64,000 nt of DNA from an uncultured Bacilli bacterium (GTDB taxonomy: Bacteria; Bacillota_I; Bacilli_A; RF39; UBA660): contig CANQIL010000001.1 of the NCBI GenBank assembly GCA_947624045.1, positions 28,978 to 92,977 of the forward strand, read 5' to 3'. The first letter of the stretch is position 1; each line of letters starts with the position of its first letter. Both the position numbers and the translations under genes were made by a program. Below are positions 49,755 to 57,878 of the stretch, piece by piece. The notes under the pieces were generated by a model, which saw nothing but the letters and a program-made list of their open reading frames with translations, had not been told where the DNA came from and made no database searches.

Positions 49755-49770
49755 TGTTTCACGTGGAACA
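49755..49770. promoter_or_regulatory. parS: parS site, perfect (TGTTTCACGTGGAACA)
   Basis: Exact match in reverse orientation. Confidence 0.85.
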
Positions 49771-49806
49771 TAGTAGATATATGGTAAAACTAACATAAGA
49801 AAAAAT

Positions 49807-49820
49807 ATTTCCCGGGAAAT
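49807..49820. promoter_or_regulatory. NBS, perfect ATTTCCCGGGAAAT
   Basis: Exact match. Confidence 0.75.
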
Positions 49821-49862
49821 AATTTATTGGAAAAGAAGATAAAATATTATAAGCAAATATAA

Positions 49863-49878
49863 TGTTCCACGTGAAACA
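49863..49878. promoter_or_regulatory. parS: parS site, perfect TGTTCCACGTGAAACA
   Basis: Exact match. Confidence 0.85.
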
Positions 49879-50315
49879 TTAAATTAGTATTTACTTTTTT
49901 TATTCTTGTCTTTGACAGTTGTTGAATGAAATAACTCTCTAAACTATTAAAAAATAAGGAAAAAATGAGAGCTTTTTTTCTCAAAAAAGTTGCGTACCTT
50001 TCTACTTATTTAATCACTAGAAAAATTTTTTTAGAAATTAGTTAAAAGCTTGTTTTTAAGCCAAATTCTTGAGGTACATTCATTTTTATACAGTTTATGT
50101 CTTACAAATGTTACTCCTTTAGATAGTATTATTATAGGATTCAAATTTAAAATCTTCTATTATCTTTTATTAATCATTTATAGTCATTTGTAGAATCTAT
50201 TTTTAGTTTTAATAATTTAATTATCTCATGACAGGTTGTTTTTTAGAACAAGTGTCAAAGATAGGTGGATATTTTATTTTATAAAAATTTATTGAAATAT
50301 TATAAGAAAATAAAA

Positions 50316-50331
50316 TGTTTCACGTGGAACA
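50316..50331. promoter_or_regulatory. parS: parS site, perfect (TGTTTCACGTGGAACA)
   Basis: Exact match in reverse orientation. Confidence 0.85.
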
Positions 50332-50375
50332 TAGTAGATATATGGTAAAACTAATAACTAAACATAAGAAAAAAT

Positions 50376-50389
50376 ATTTCCCGGGAAAT
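50376..50389. promoter_or_regulatory. NBS, perfect ATTTCCCGGGAAAT
   Basis: Exact match. Confidence 0.75.
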
Positions 50390-50429
50390 AATTTACTAAA
50401 ATAAAAATAAAAATTATAAGAAAATACAA

Positions 50430-50445
50430 TGTTCCACGTGAAACA
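50430..50445. promoter_or_regulatory. parS: parS site, perfect TGTTCCACGTGAAACA
   Basis: Exact match, about 50 nt upstream of the SRP RNA. Confidence 0.85.
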
Positions 50446-50489
50446 TTAAATTAGTATTTACTTTTTTTTTATAATAATATAAAATATGT

Positions 50490-50566
50490 TTGTGCAATGA
50501 AAGTGATTGAAACAGGTCAGGATTGGAAAATAGCAGCCTTAAGGTCCTCCTTTCATGTGCACTTTT
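50490..50566 (+). ncRNA. ffs: small (4.5S-type) signal recognition particle RNA
   Basis: Domain IV core CAGGUCAGGAUUGGAAAAUAGCAGCCUUAAGG parallels E. coli CAGGUCAGGUCCGGAAGGAAGCAGCCAAGG (GGAA tetraloop, AGCAGCC). Closing helix GUGCAAUGAAAG / CUUUCAUGUGCAC, then a T run. Confidence 0.8.
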
Positions 50567-50587
50567 TATTTTGGAGTTGAAAAAATT

Positions 50588-51031
50588 ATGAAAAATGAGT
50601 TTTTTGATTTGGCTTTTGCTGAAGCTGAAAAAGCTTTTAACATAAATGAAGTCCCTATTGGTGCTGTTATTGTTAAAGATGGAAAAATTATTGCTAAAGG
50701 TCATAATATTAAGGAAAATCAACGAAATGTTATTTGCCATGCTGAGATGTTAGCTATTAATGAAGCTTCAAAAGTTTTAAATAATTGGCGTTTAAGCGAC
50801 TGCGATATTTATGTAACTTTGGATCCTTGTCCGATGTGTGCTAGTGCAATTAAGCAAGCTAGAATTAAAAACGTATATTCTGCTTTAGAAAATTTGGATA
50901 AATCTAATAGTGAGATTGTTAATAGAATTTTTGAAAATTCTGATATAAATTCGGCTACTAATTTTATTACTAATTTATCTGTGGAAAAAGCTAAAAATTT
51001 AATGCAGTCTTTTTTTAAAAATAGACGATAA
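50588..51031 (+). CDS. tadA: tRNA-specific adenosine deaminase
   Basis: Zinc motifs CHAEMLAI and PCPMC. Start at MKNEFF (GGAG upstream), because the ORF-track start at 50555 lies inside the SRP RNA. Confidence 0.9.
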   Translation: MKNEFFDLAFAEAEKAFNINEVPIGAVIVKDGKIIAKGHNIKENQRNVICHAEMLAINEASKVLNNWRLSDCDIYVTLDPCPMCASAIKQARIKNVYSALENLDKSNSEIVNRIFENSDINSATNFITNLSVEKAKNLMQSFFKNRR

Positions 51032-51081
51032 ATTAACGATTTCTTATGATATAATTGATATAGATGGAGGTGCTCTTTTTA

Positions 51082-52779
51082 ATGTATCAAGCTTTGTATA
51101 GAAAGTATCGTCCAACTGATTTTAATTCGGTTGTAGGTCAGGATAGTATTATAAGAACTTTAAAAAATTCGATTATTAATAAAACCTTTACCCATGCATA
51201 TATGTTTTTTGGTCCTAGGGGTACTGGAAAAACGACTATTTCTAAAATTTTTGCTCGTAGTATTAATTGCTTGGAGCCAGTGGATGGTGTTGCTTGTGGA
51301 AAGTGTAAAAATTGTCTAGAATCTTTTAAAAATTCTTGTGTGGATATTATTGAAATTGATGCTGCGTCAAATAATGGTGTTGATGAGATTAGGGAACTTA
51401 GAAGTAAGGTTTCTTTAGTACCTGCGGAATTAAAATATAAAGTTTATATTATTGATGAAGTTCATATGTTATCAATTGGTGCTTTTAATGCCTTGTTGAA
51501 AACTTTAGAGGAACCGCCTGAGCATGTAGTTTTTATTTTAGCAACTACTGACCCACAGAAAGTTCCGGAGACTATTATTTCTAGATGTCAATGTTTTTCT
51601 TTTAAGCGAATTTCTACTGATATGATTGTGGATAGGTTAAAATTTATATGTTCAGAGGAAAATATTTCTATTGATGATGATGTTTTAACTGAAATTGCTA
51701 CATCTTCGGAAGGTGGAATGCGTGATGCTTTAGGTTCTTTGGACAAATTATCTTCTTTTTCAAATTCTAAAATTACTTTAGATGATTTTTATGAGTTAAA
51801 TGGGATGATTACTAAAGGTGAATTAAAGAATTTTTATGATAATTTATTTAGTTATAATATTTCAGAAGTTTTAAAATTAATTTCTGATTATAATAGTGGA
51901 GGTAAAAATTTAATTCAAATATTTACACAAATTATGTTTTCAGTGCGAAATATGATTGTGGATTTTTATATTTCAGGTGTGCAAAGTTCTTATAATGTTG
52001 ATTTAATGCAAGATTTTGTAAATTTAATAAACGAAAATATGTTCGATATAAAAAGAAGCGGAAATCCTAAAATATTTCTGGAAATGTTGGTTATTAAGTT
52101 TATAAAGGAGCATGAATCTTCAAAGTCAACGGATGTTATTGTTAATAAAGAAGAAGTAGTCGTTCAAAGTAATAATGTGGAGAAAGAAGTAAAAAAGGTA
52201 AAAAAAACTGTGGAAATTACGGAAGATAAACCGGTAGAAATTATTTCCCGGGAAATAATTGATGAGAAAAATATTTCCCGGGAAATAAAATTGGATACTT
52301 TGCCAGTTAAAAATATTCAAGAAATTATGGATGCTAGGGTTAATAATATTATGGCTTTGGCTGATAAGAATATTTTAAAGTTGGAAATGCAGAAATTTCA
52401 GTTACTAAATGATTATACGTTTGATCAAAATATAGGATATTTAGTTTGTAGTTTGTTAGATGCTAAGATAAGAGCTGCTAGTGATAAGGGTATTATAATT
52501 AGTTATGAATATGATTCTAATGTTAAGCAAAATTTAATTAATTTAGATAAATTGGTGGAAGTTTATAACAAAATTACAAAATCTAATAAAAGTTTGGCTA
52601 TTATTAGTGATGAAAAATGGGAAATTGAAAAAAATAAGTATATAAAGGCTTTAAAAGAGGGAAAAAAATATCAAGTTATGGAAGAACCTGAAGAAGTCTT
52701 GGAAGAAATTGAAAATAATGATATAATATCAAGTAGTAGTGCAGTTGAGCTTTTTGGCGATATTGTCGAAGTTGAATAG
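51082..52779 (+). CDS. dnaX: DNA polymerase III subunit gamma/tau
   Basis: MYQALYRKYRP, Walker A GPRGTGKTT, zinc module CGKCKNC, and the SRC motif. GGAGGTG lies 9 nt upstream. Confidence 0.95.
   Translation: MYQALYRKYRPTDFNSVVGQDSIIRTLKNSIINKTFTHAYMFFGPRGTGKTTISKIFARSINCLEPVDGVACGKCKNCLESFKNSCVDIIEIDAASNNGVDEIRELRSKVSLVPAELKYKVYIIDEVHMLSIGAFNALLKTLEEPPEHVVFILATTDPQKVPETIISRCQCFSFKRISTDMIVDRLKFICSEENISIDDDVLTEIATSSEGGMRDALGSLDKLSSFSNSKITLDDFYELNGMITKGELKNFYDNLFSYNISEVLKLISDYNSGGKNLIQIFTQIMFSVRNMIVDFYISGVQSSYNVDLMQDFVNLINENMFDIKRSGNPKIFLEMLVIKFIKEHESSKSTDVIVNKEEVVVQSNNVEKEVKKVKKTVEITEDKPVEIISREIIDEKNISREIKLDTLPVKNIQEIMDARVNNIMALADKNILKLEMQKFQLLNDYTFDQNIGYLVCSLLDAKIRAASDKGIIISYEYDSNVKQNLINLDKLVEVYNKITKSNKSLAIISDEKWEIEKNKYIKALKEGKKYQVMEEPEEVLEEIENNDIISSSSAVELFGDIVEVE
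52243..52256. promoter_or_regulatory. NBS, perfect ATTTCCCGGGAAAT, inside the dnaX coding sequence
   Basis: Exact match read in frame as I-S-R-E-I. The flanks extend the palindrome (AAATTATTTCCCGGGAAATAATT). Confidence 0.7.
52273..52286. promoter_or_regulatory. NBS, perfect ATTTCCCGGGAAAT, inside the dnaX coding sequence
   Basis: Exact match 30 bp after the first, again read as I-S-R-E-I. Confidence 0.7.
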
Positions 52780-52790
52780 GAGGAAAGAAT

Positions 52791-53084
52791 ATGAATATGC
52801 AAGCAATGTTAAAGCAAGCCCAAGCTTTACAAAAAGATATGTTAAAAATAAAGGATGGAATTGATAAAACAGAATTTAATGGTGAAAGCTCTTTTGTTAA
52901 AGTTGTAGTTATGGGAGATAAAACTTTAAAAAGTGTTAAGATAGATGCAGAAAATTTGGATAATGATGATATTGAAGCTCTTGAAGATATGATTGTTGTT
53001 GCGATAAATGAAGCAAATAAGAAAATTGATGAGGAAACTGAAAAGAAAATGAGTAAATTTGGTAATATTCCAGGTTTATTCTAG
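52791..53084 (+). CDS. ybaB: nucleoid-associated protein YbaB/EbfC
   Basis: 97 aa, MLKQAQALQKDM... Conserved dnaX-ybaB-recR order. Confidence 0.92.
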   Translation: MNMQAMLKQAQALQKDMLKIKDGIDKTEFNGESSFVKVVVMGDKTLKSVKIDAENLDNDDIEALEDMIVVAINEANKKIDEETEKKMSKFGNIPGLF

Positions 53085-53092
53085 GAAATGTT

Positions 53093-53689
53093 ATGTATCC
53101 TGATAGTATTAAAAATTTGATAGAATCATTTAAATATTTGCCTGGTATAGGTGAGAAAACAGCTGAAAGGTTGGCTTTTTCTGTCTTAGAATTGGAAGAT
53201 GAGCAAACGGATTTTTTTAGAGAGAGCCTTAAGGATGTTAAGGAAAAAGTTCATAAGTGCAAAAAATGTAATTCTTTGACTGAAGATGATGAGTGTTATA
53301 TTTGTAAAGATGAAAGTCGTCAAAATGGAACACTTTGTGTTGTTGATGATACCAAAAATGTAATTCTTTTCGAGAAATTGGGTGTTTTTCAAGGAAAGTA
53401 TCATGTTTTAAATGGACTGATTTCTCCACTTGAGGGGATAAATCCTGAGGATATTGGCATTGATATTTTGATTGATAGGATTACTAAAGAAAAATTTAAG
53501 GAAATTATATTTGCTTTTAAGCCTAGTATAGAGGGTGAAACGACATCATTATATATAAAAAAGATATTAGATGGTATGGATTTAAAGATTACTAGATTAG
53601 CAAGTGGTGTTCCTATGGGTGCAGACATGGAATATTTGGATAGTCTAACTTTGGAAAGAGCAATTAATGATAGAAAAGAAATTGAATAA
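53093..53689 (+). CDS. recR: recombination protein RecR
   Basis: HhH LPGIGEKTAERLAF, zinc finger CKKC...CYIC, Toprim domain. Confidence 0.95.
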   Translation: MYPDSIKNLIESFKYLPGIGEKTAERLAFSVLELEDEQTDFFRESLKDVKEKVHKCKKCNSLTEDDECYICKDESRQNGTLCVVDDTKNVILFEKLGVFQGKYHVLNGLISPLEGINPEDIGIDILIDRITKEKFKEIIFAFKPSIEGETTSLYIKKILDGMDLKITRLASGVPMGADMEYLDSLTLERAINDRKEIE

Positions 53690-53748
53690 TTAAAAATATT
53701 TTTCATACTCTTTATAAAGAGATAAATTTGTTAGGAAAGGATAAGGGT

Positions 53749-53934
53749 ATGAATAAAATTTTTTATTGTTTAAAGAGATTTATACTTAGTGCATTTATTT
53801 TATATGGTTATAATTTGTTTTCTGTTAATTTTAATATGATTATTCCTATTAATTTTGTAACTTTAGGTATGATTTTTTTGTTGGGGGCACCTGGATTAGT
53901 TGCTTTAGTGTTATTTAAAATTATTTTATTATGA
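53749..53934 (+). CDS. bofA: BofA-family pro-sigma-K processing inhibitor
   Basis: About 60-aa two-TM protein with LGAPGL motif. Position after recR as in Bacillus. Start at MNKIFY. Confidence 0.65.
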   Translation: MNKIFYCLKRFILSAFILYGYNLFSVNFNMIIPINFVTLGMIFLLGAPGLVALVLFKIILL

Positions 53935-53945
53935 GGTAGATAATA

Positions 53946-54794
53946 GTGGTGGAGTCTGTAGTAAAGCAAAAATTTTTTGAAATAGTTGATAATTATATAA
54001 ATAATAAGAAAATATCCCATGCTTATTTAATTGAAGTTGGTAATTATGAAGAGGACTTTTTGGATGTTTTGGAATTTGTTAAAATGATTCTTTGTAATTG
54101 TACGAAAGATAATTTAAAAAACGATAAGACAAATATAGGTAGTTTGATAGATACGTTTAATTATCCGGATTTGAAAATTATTGAGGCAGATGGTCAGTGG
54201 ATAAAAAAGAATCAATTGGTTGAATTAATTGATGACTTTCAAAATAAATCATTACTTGATAATAAAAGAATTTATATAATTAAAGAAGCTGAAAAATTAA
54301 ATAGTTCTTCAGCTAATACAATTTTGAAATTTTTAGAGGAGCCAGAAGAAAATATTGTGGCTATTTTGCTTACTAAAAATAGGTTTCAAGTAATTGAAAC
54401 TATTTTGTCTAGGTGTCAACTTTTAACTTTAGGTTGTGAAAATGAAAATTATAATATTGATGATAATGTAAAATTATTTTTAGATTATCTTATTCATAAG
54501 AATGAATTATTTATTAATTATGGTACAATAGTTACAGAGGTAATGCCTGATAAGAATCAAGCTAAAATTATTTTGAATGAAATTAGTCAAGTAATAATTA
54601 GTTATATTAATTATAGTTCTAATAAAGAATATGCTTGCTCGGTTGAAGTTATTAATCTTTTGCAAGGAGTAGAACTTGAATTTTTAACAAATGTTCTTTC
54701 AATAATTGAAGAAGAAATAGCTAAACTTGAGTATAATGTAAATTATAAACTTTGGCTTGATTGTTTGTTTGCTCGAATTATTTTGGAAAGTTAA
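53946..54794 (+). CDS. holB: DNA polymerase III delta-prime subunit
   Basis: GTG start after GAGGTAG. HAYL motif, LKFLEEP and SRCQ motifs. Confidence 0.85.
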   Translation: MVESVVKQKFFEIVDNYINNKKISHAYLIEVGNYEEDFLDVLEFVKMILCNCTKDNLKNDKTNIGSLIDTFNYPDLKIIEADGQWIKKNQLVELIDDFQNKSLLDNKRIYIIKEAEKLNSSSANTILKFLEEPEENIVAILLTKNRFQVIETILSRCQLLTLGCENENYNIDDNVKLFLDYLIHKNELFINYGTIVTEVMPDKNQAKIILNEISQVIISYINYSSNKEYACSVEVINLLQGVELEFLTNVLSIIEEEIAKLEYNVNYKLWLDCLFARIILES

Positions 54795-54857
54795 TACTTA
54801 AAAAAATTATTGTTTTAGAGTTTATAGAAATGGATTTTGTAATGGAGGATTAAAGAA

Positions 54858-55646
54858 ATGGTTGATGTAGTTGTTGTTAGTGTTAGACATTTAGGAAATA
54901 TATACTATCTTTCACCGGGTGACTGGAATTTGAAAAAGGGTGATAATGTAGTTATTAATACGGAAAATGGTATGCAGATTGGTGTTGTAGTTAAGGCTAA
55001 GTATAAAGAAAAGGCAGAAAATTTAGTGTTGCCTCTTGATAAAATAGTAAGACTTTGTACGGAAGCAGATATAAGAAATGATAATGAAAATAAAAAGCAG
55101 GCAGTTGAAGCTTTGGCATATGCTAAAGTTTGTAAAAATGATTTAGGGTTAGATATGAATTTTGTTGATTCTTATTATAATTTGGATAAGTCGCAGTTAG
55201 TTTTTTCGTTCGTTTCAGAAAATAGAATTGATTTTCGTGATTTGGCTAAGAAATTGGCGCAGAAATATAGAACGAGAATTGAGTTAAGACAAATTGGTGT
55301 TAGAGATAAGGCTAAGCGAGTAGGTGGTATTGGACCTTGTGGATTATTTTTATGTTGTAATACGTTTTTAACAGACTTTAATAGTGTTTCTATAAATATG
55401 GCAAAAAATCAATTTTTAGCTTTAAATCCAGCAAAGATAAACGGTGTATGTGGAAGACTTCTTTGTTGTTTAGGATATGAAAACGATGTATATTCTGAAT
55501 TAAAAGTTGATTTGCCCCAATTAGGTATGATGGCGGATACTAGTATGGGAATGGGAAAAGTTGTAGAGGTTGATATTTTTAAACAAACTTATAAAGTTGA
55601 ATTAGGTGAAAAAGGTATTATAGAATTTTCTAAGGATGAAAAGTAA
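54858..55646 (+). CDS. ricT: PSP1-domain protein YaaT/RicT (stage 0 sporulation)
   Basis: PSP1 C-terminal domain with a cysteine cluster (GPCGLFLCC...CGRLLCCL). Conserved after holB. Confidence 0.85.
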   Translation: MVDVVVVSVRHLGNIYYLSPGDWNLKKGDNVVINTENGMQIGVVVKAKYKEKAENLVLPLDKIVRLCTEADIRNDNENKKQAVEALAYAKVCKNDLGLDMNFVDSYYNLDKSQLVFSFVSENRIDFRDLAKKLAQKYRTRIELRQIGVRDKAKRVGGIGPCGLFLCCNTFLTDFNSVSINMAKNQFLALNPAKINGVCGRLLCCLGYENDVYSELKVDLPQLGMMADTSMGMGKVVEVDIFKQTYKVELGEKGIIEFSKDEK

Positions 55647-56386
55647 TGGAAGTAATTAATGATATTTTAGGTTATAAAAATAGAAAAATTTATCAAGATA
55701 CTAATTGTTTTTCTTTTTCATTAGATAGTGTTATGTTGGCGAACTTTGCGACAATACGTATGAGGGATAAAAATATTGTTGATTTAGGTACAGGAAATGG
55801 AGTTATTCCTTTAATAATGACTCTTAGAACTGATAAAAAAATTATTGGTGTTGAGTTACAGAAAAAATTGAGTAATTTAGCTTGCAAATCGGTTTCTTTG
55901 AATAAGTTAGATGAAGCTATTGAAATAGTGAATAAAAATATGAAAGATTTTTGTAGTGATACCAACAATATTAATAAGTTTGATTTAGTTGTTTGTAATC
56001 CACCTTATTTTAAAGTGAATGTGGATAAGAATTATTTTAATGAATCGGAGGAAAAATTAATTGCTAGACATGAGGTGGGAATAACATTAGAGGAAGTATT
56101 TGCTTGTGTAAAAAAAATTATTAGTAATGATGGTAATTTTGCAATAGTGCATAGACCAGAGAGATTATTGGAAATACTTGATTTATATCGAAAAAATGGA
56201 ATTGAGCCTAAGAAAATTAGATTTGTTTATGAAACGGTAGAAAAGGAATCTAATTTGGTATTAATTGAGGGACAACGTAATGGAAAAGTTGGTTTAAAAA
56301 TTGAAAAGCCTTTTATTTTATATAATAGTGACGGTAGTTATAGTGATGAATATAAAAAATTATTGGTGGAGGTTAAGAGTGAATGA
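55646..56386 (+). CDS. SAM-dependent methyltransferase (YabB / tRNA m6A37-type)
   Basis: DLGTGNG and NPPYF motifs. Confidence 0.8.
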   Translation: MEVINDILGYKNRKIYQDTNCFSFSLDSVMLANFATIRMRDKNIVDLGTGNGVIPLIMTLRTDKKIIGVELQKKLSNLACKSVSLNKLDEAIEIVNKNMKDFCSDTNNINKFDLVVCNPPYFKVNVDKNYFNESEEKLIARHEVGITLEEVFACVKKIISNDGNFAIVHRPERLLEILDLYRKNGIEPKKIRFVYETVEKESNLVLIEGQRNGKVGLKIEKPFILYNSDGSYSDEYKKLLVEVKSE

Positions 56387-57222
56387 TTCAAAAAAGTTTT
56401 GATGGTAGGAGTAGTTTATATTTAATACCAACTCCAATTGGTAATTTAGATGATATAACGGTACGAGCTTTGAAAACTCTACAAATGGTTGATTTTATTT
56501 TATGTGAGGATACACGGGAAACTTCTAAATTGTTAAATAGTTATGATATAAAAAATAAGTTAGTTAGTTGTCATGAGTATAATGAGGAAAAAATAAAGGC
56601 TAATGTTATTGAGTCTTTAAAAGAGGGTAAAAATATTGGTTTAGTTACGGACCAAGGAACGCCTGTTATTAGTGACCCAGGCTATATTATTGTAAGGGAA
56701 GTTATAAGAAATAATTTTAATGTAATAAGTTTGCCTGGAGCAACGGCTTTTGTTCCAGCTTTAACGGCTTCGGGTATAGAGCCGGCTAAGTTTTTGTTTT
56801 ATGGCTTTTTAAATGCTAAGAATGCTAAGCAAAAAAGTGAGCTTGAGGGTTTAAAAAATTTGAAATATACAATAATATTTTATGAAAGTGTTCATCGTAT
56901 TCACGATACATTGCAGAATATCTTGGATGTTTTTGGCGATAGAGAAGTTGCGATTGGACGGGAAATTTCTAAAGTGCATGAAGAATACATAAGAGGAAAA
57001 TTAAGTGAAGTTATAAAATGTGAGCTTAATTTGAAAGGGGAATTTGTTATAGTAGTTGAGGGTAATAAAGAAGTTACTAACTATGATGATATAAGTGTTA
57101 TTAATCATGTTAAATTATATGTTAATGATGGTATGAGTGAGAATGAGGCTATAAAAAAAGTAGCTAAGGAAAGAAATGTAGCTAAATCTTTGATATATAA
57201 AGAATATCATATGAATAAGTAG
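56383..57222 (+). CDS. rsmI: 16S rRNA (cytidine1402-2'-O)-methyltransferase
   Basis: LYLIPTPIGNLDDIT.RAL......ILCEDTR signature. Confidence 0.93.
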   Translation: MIQKSFDGRSSLYLIPTPIGNLDDITVRALKTLQMVDFILCEDTRETSKLLNSYDIKNKLVSCHEYNEEKIKANVIESLKEGKNIGLVTDQGTPVISDPGYIIVREVIRNNFNVISLPGATAFVPALTASGIEPAKFLFYGFLNAKNAKQKSELEGLKNLKYTIIFYESVHRIHDTLQNILDVFGDREVAIGREISKVHEEYIRGKLSEVIKCELNLKGEFVIVVEGNKEVTNYDDISVINHVKLYVNDGMSENEAIKKVAKERNVAKSLIYKEYHMNK

Positions 57223-57233
57223 GAGGAATTTAG

Positions 57234-57803
57234 ATGAAGTTAATTGTTGGCTTAGGAAATCCGGGAAGAGAATATGAAAAAACTAGACATAATATGGGCT
57301 TTATGATGATAGATAAATATGTTAATTCTAAAGGTATCAAAGATAAATGGAGTCTTAAATTTAATGGTTTATATATGGAAAGTATTTTATTTGATGAGAA
57401 AGTTTTATTTTTAAAGCCTCAGTCTTATATGAATTTATCAGGTGAAGTGGTTAAGAAGTTTGTTGATTATTATAAAATTGATATTAAAGATATTTTAGTT
57501 ATTTCTGATGATTTAGATTTGAGTATTGGTAATTTTAAATTACGTGATAAGGGCTCAAGTGGTGGCCATAATGGTTTAAAAGATATTGAAAATAATTTGG
57601 GAAGTAGTGAATATAAAAGATTAAAAATTGGTATTAATAATGATAAAAATATTGATACAAAAGATTATGTTCTTGGAAAAATTGATAAAAATACTTTAGA
57701 AGAATATGATAAGTTGTTTACTGATTTAGTTTCAGTTATTGATGATTATTTTGTAAGTGATTTTGCTTTGTTAATGAATAAGTATAATAAGAAAAATAAA
57801 TAA
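57234..57803 (+). CDS. pth: peptidyl-tRNA hydrolase
   Basis: MKLIVGLGNPG..Y..TRHN.GF and GGHNGLK motifs. Confidence 0.95.
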   Translation: MKLIVGLGNPGREYEKTRHNMGFMMIDKYVNSKGIKDKWSLKFNGLYMESILFDEKVLFLKPQSYMNLSGEVVKKFVDYYKIDIKDILVISDDLDLSIGNFKLRDKGSSGGHNGLKDIENNLGSSEYKRLKIGINNDKNIDTKDYVLGKIDKNTLEEYDKLFTDLVSVIDDYFVSDFALLMNKYNKKNK

Positions 57804-57878
57804 TAGAGAAAAGCTAATAAAAAATAAAAGTTGCTTTTTAGAATAAAAAAAGTAAAATTTTTTTAGGTCTTAAAGTAC

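Larger units (their letters stand above)
49592..49853. repeat. tandem direct repeat with a period of about 108 bp (2.4 units), each unit carrying one NBS and one parS
   Basis: NBS cores start at 49596, 49703 and 49811. Unit 2 (from 49699) and unit 3 (from 49807) are identical for their first 47 nt, and 49661-49698 equals 49769-49806. Confidence 0.85.

Noticed and set aside
49965-50045. A 26-aa ORF (MRAFFLKKVAYLSTYLITRKIFLEIS) with an AAGGA motif upstream, inside the gap.
   Set aside because: It is too short and compositionally ordinary for AT-rich DNA, and nothing in the sequence supports it. Noted only as something ribosome profiling could test.
48956-50490. An expected rRNA operon, or a CRISPR array, in the ORF-free repeat-rich gap after gyrA.
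   Set aside because: No 16S or 23S signature sequences are present and the gap is too short and too AT-rich. The repeats are not CRISPR-like because the sequences between them are themselves conserved. The repeated cores are the parS and NBS protein-binding palindromes.
50414-50740. A 108-aa minus-strand ORF overlapping parS, the SRP RNA and the start of tadA.
   Set aside because: It is antisense to a well-supported ncRNA and CDS, has no RBS, and its product is low-complexity (Asn/Phe/Ile-rich).
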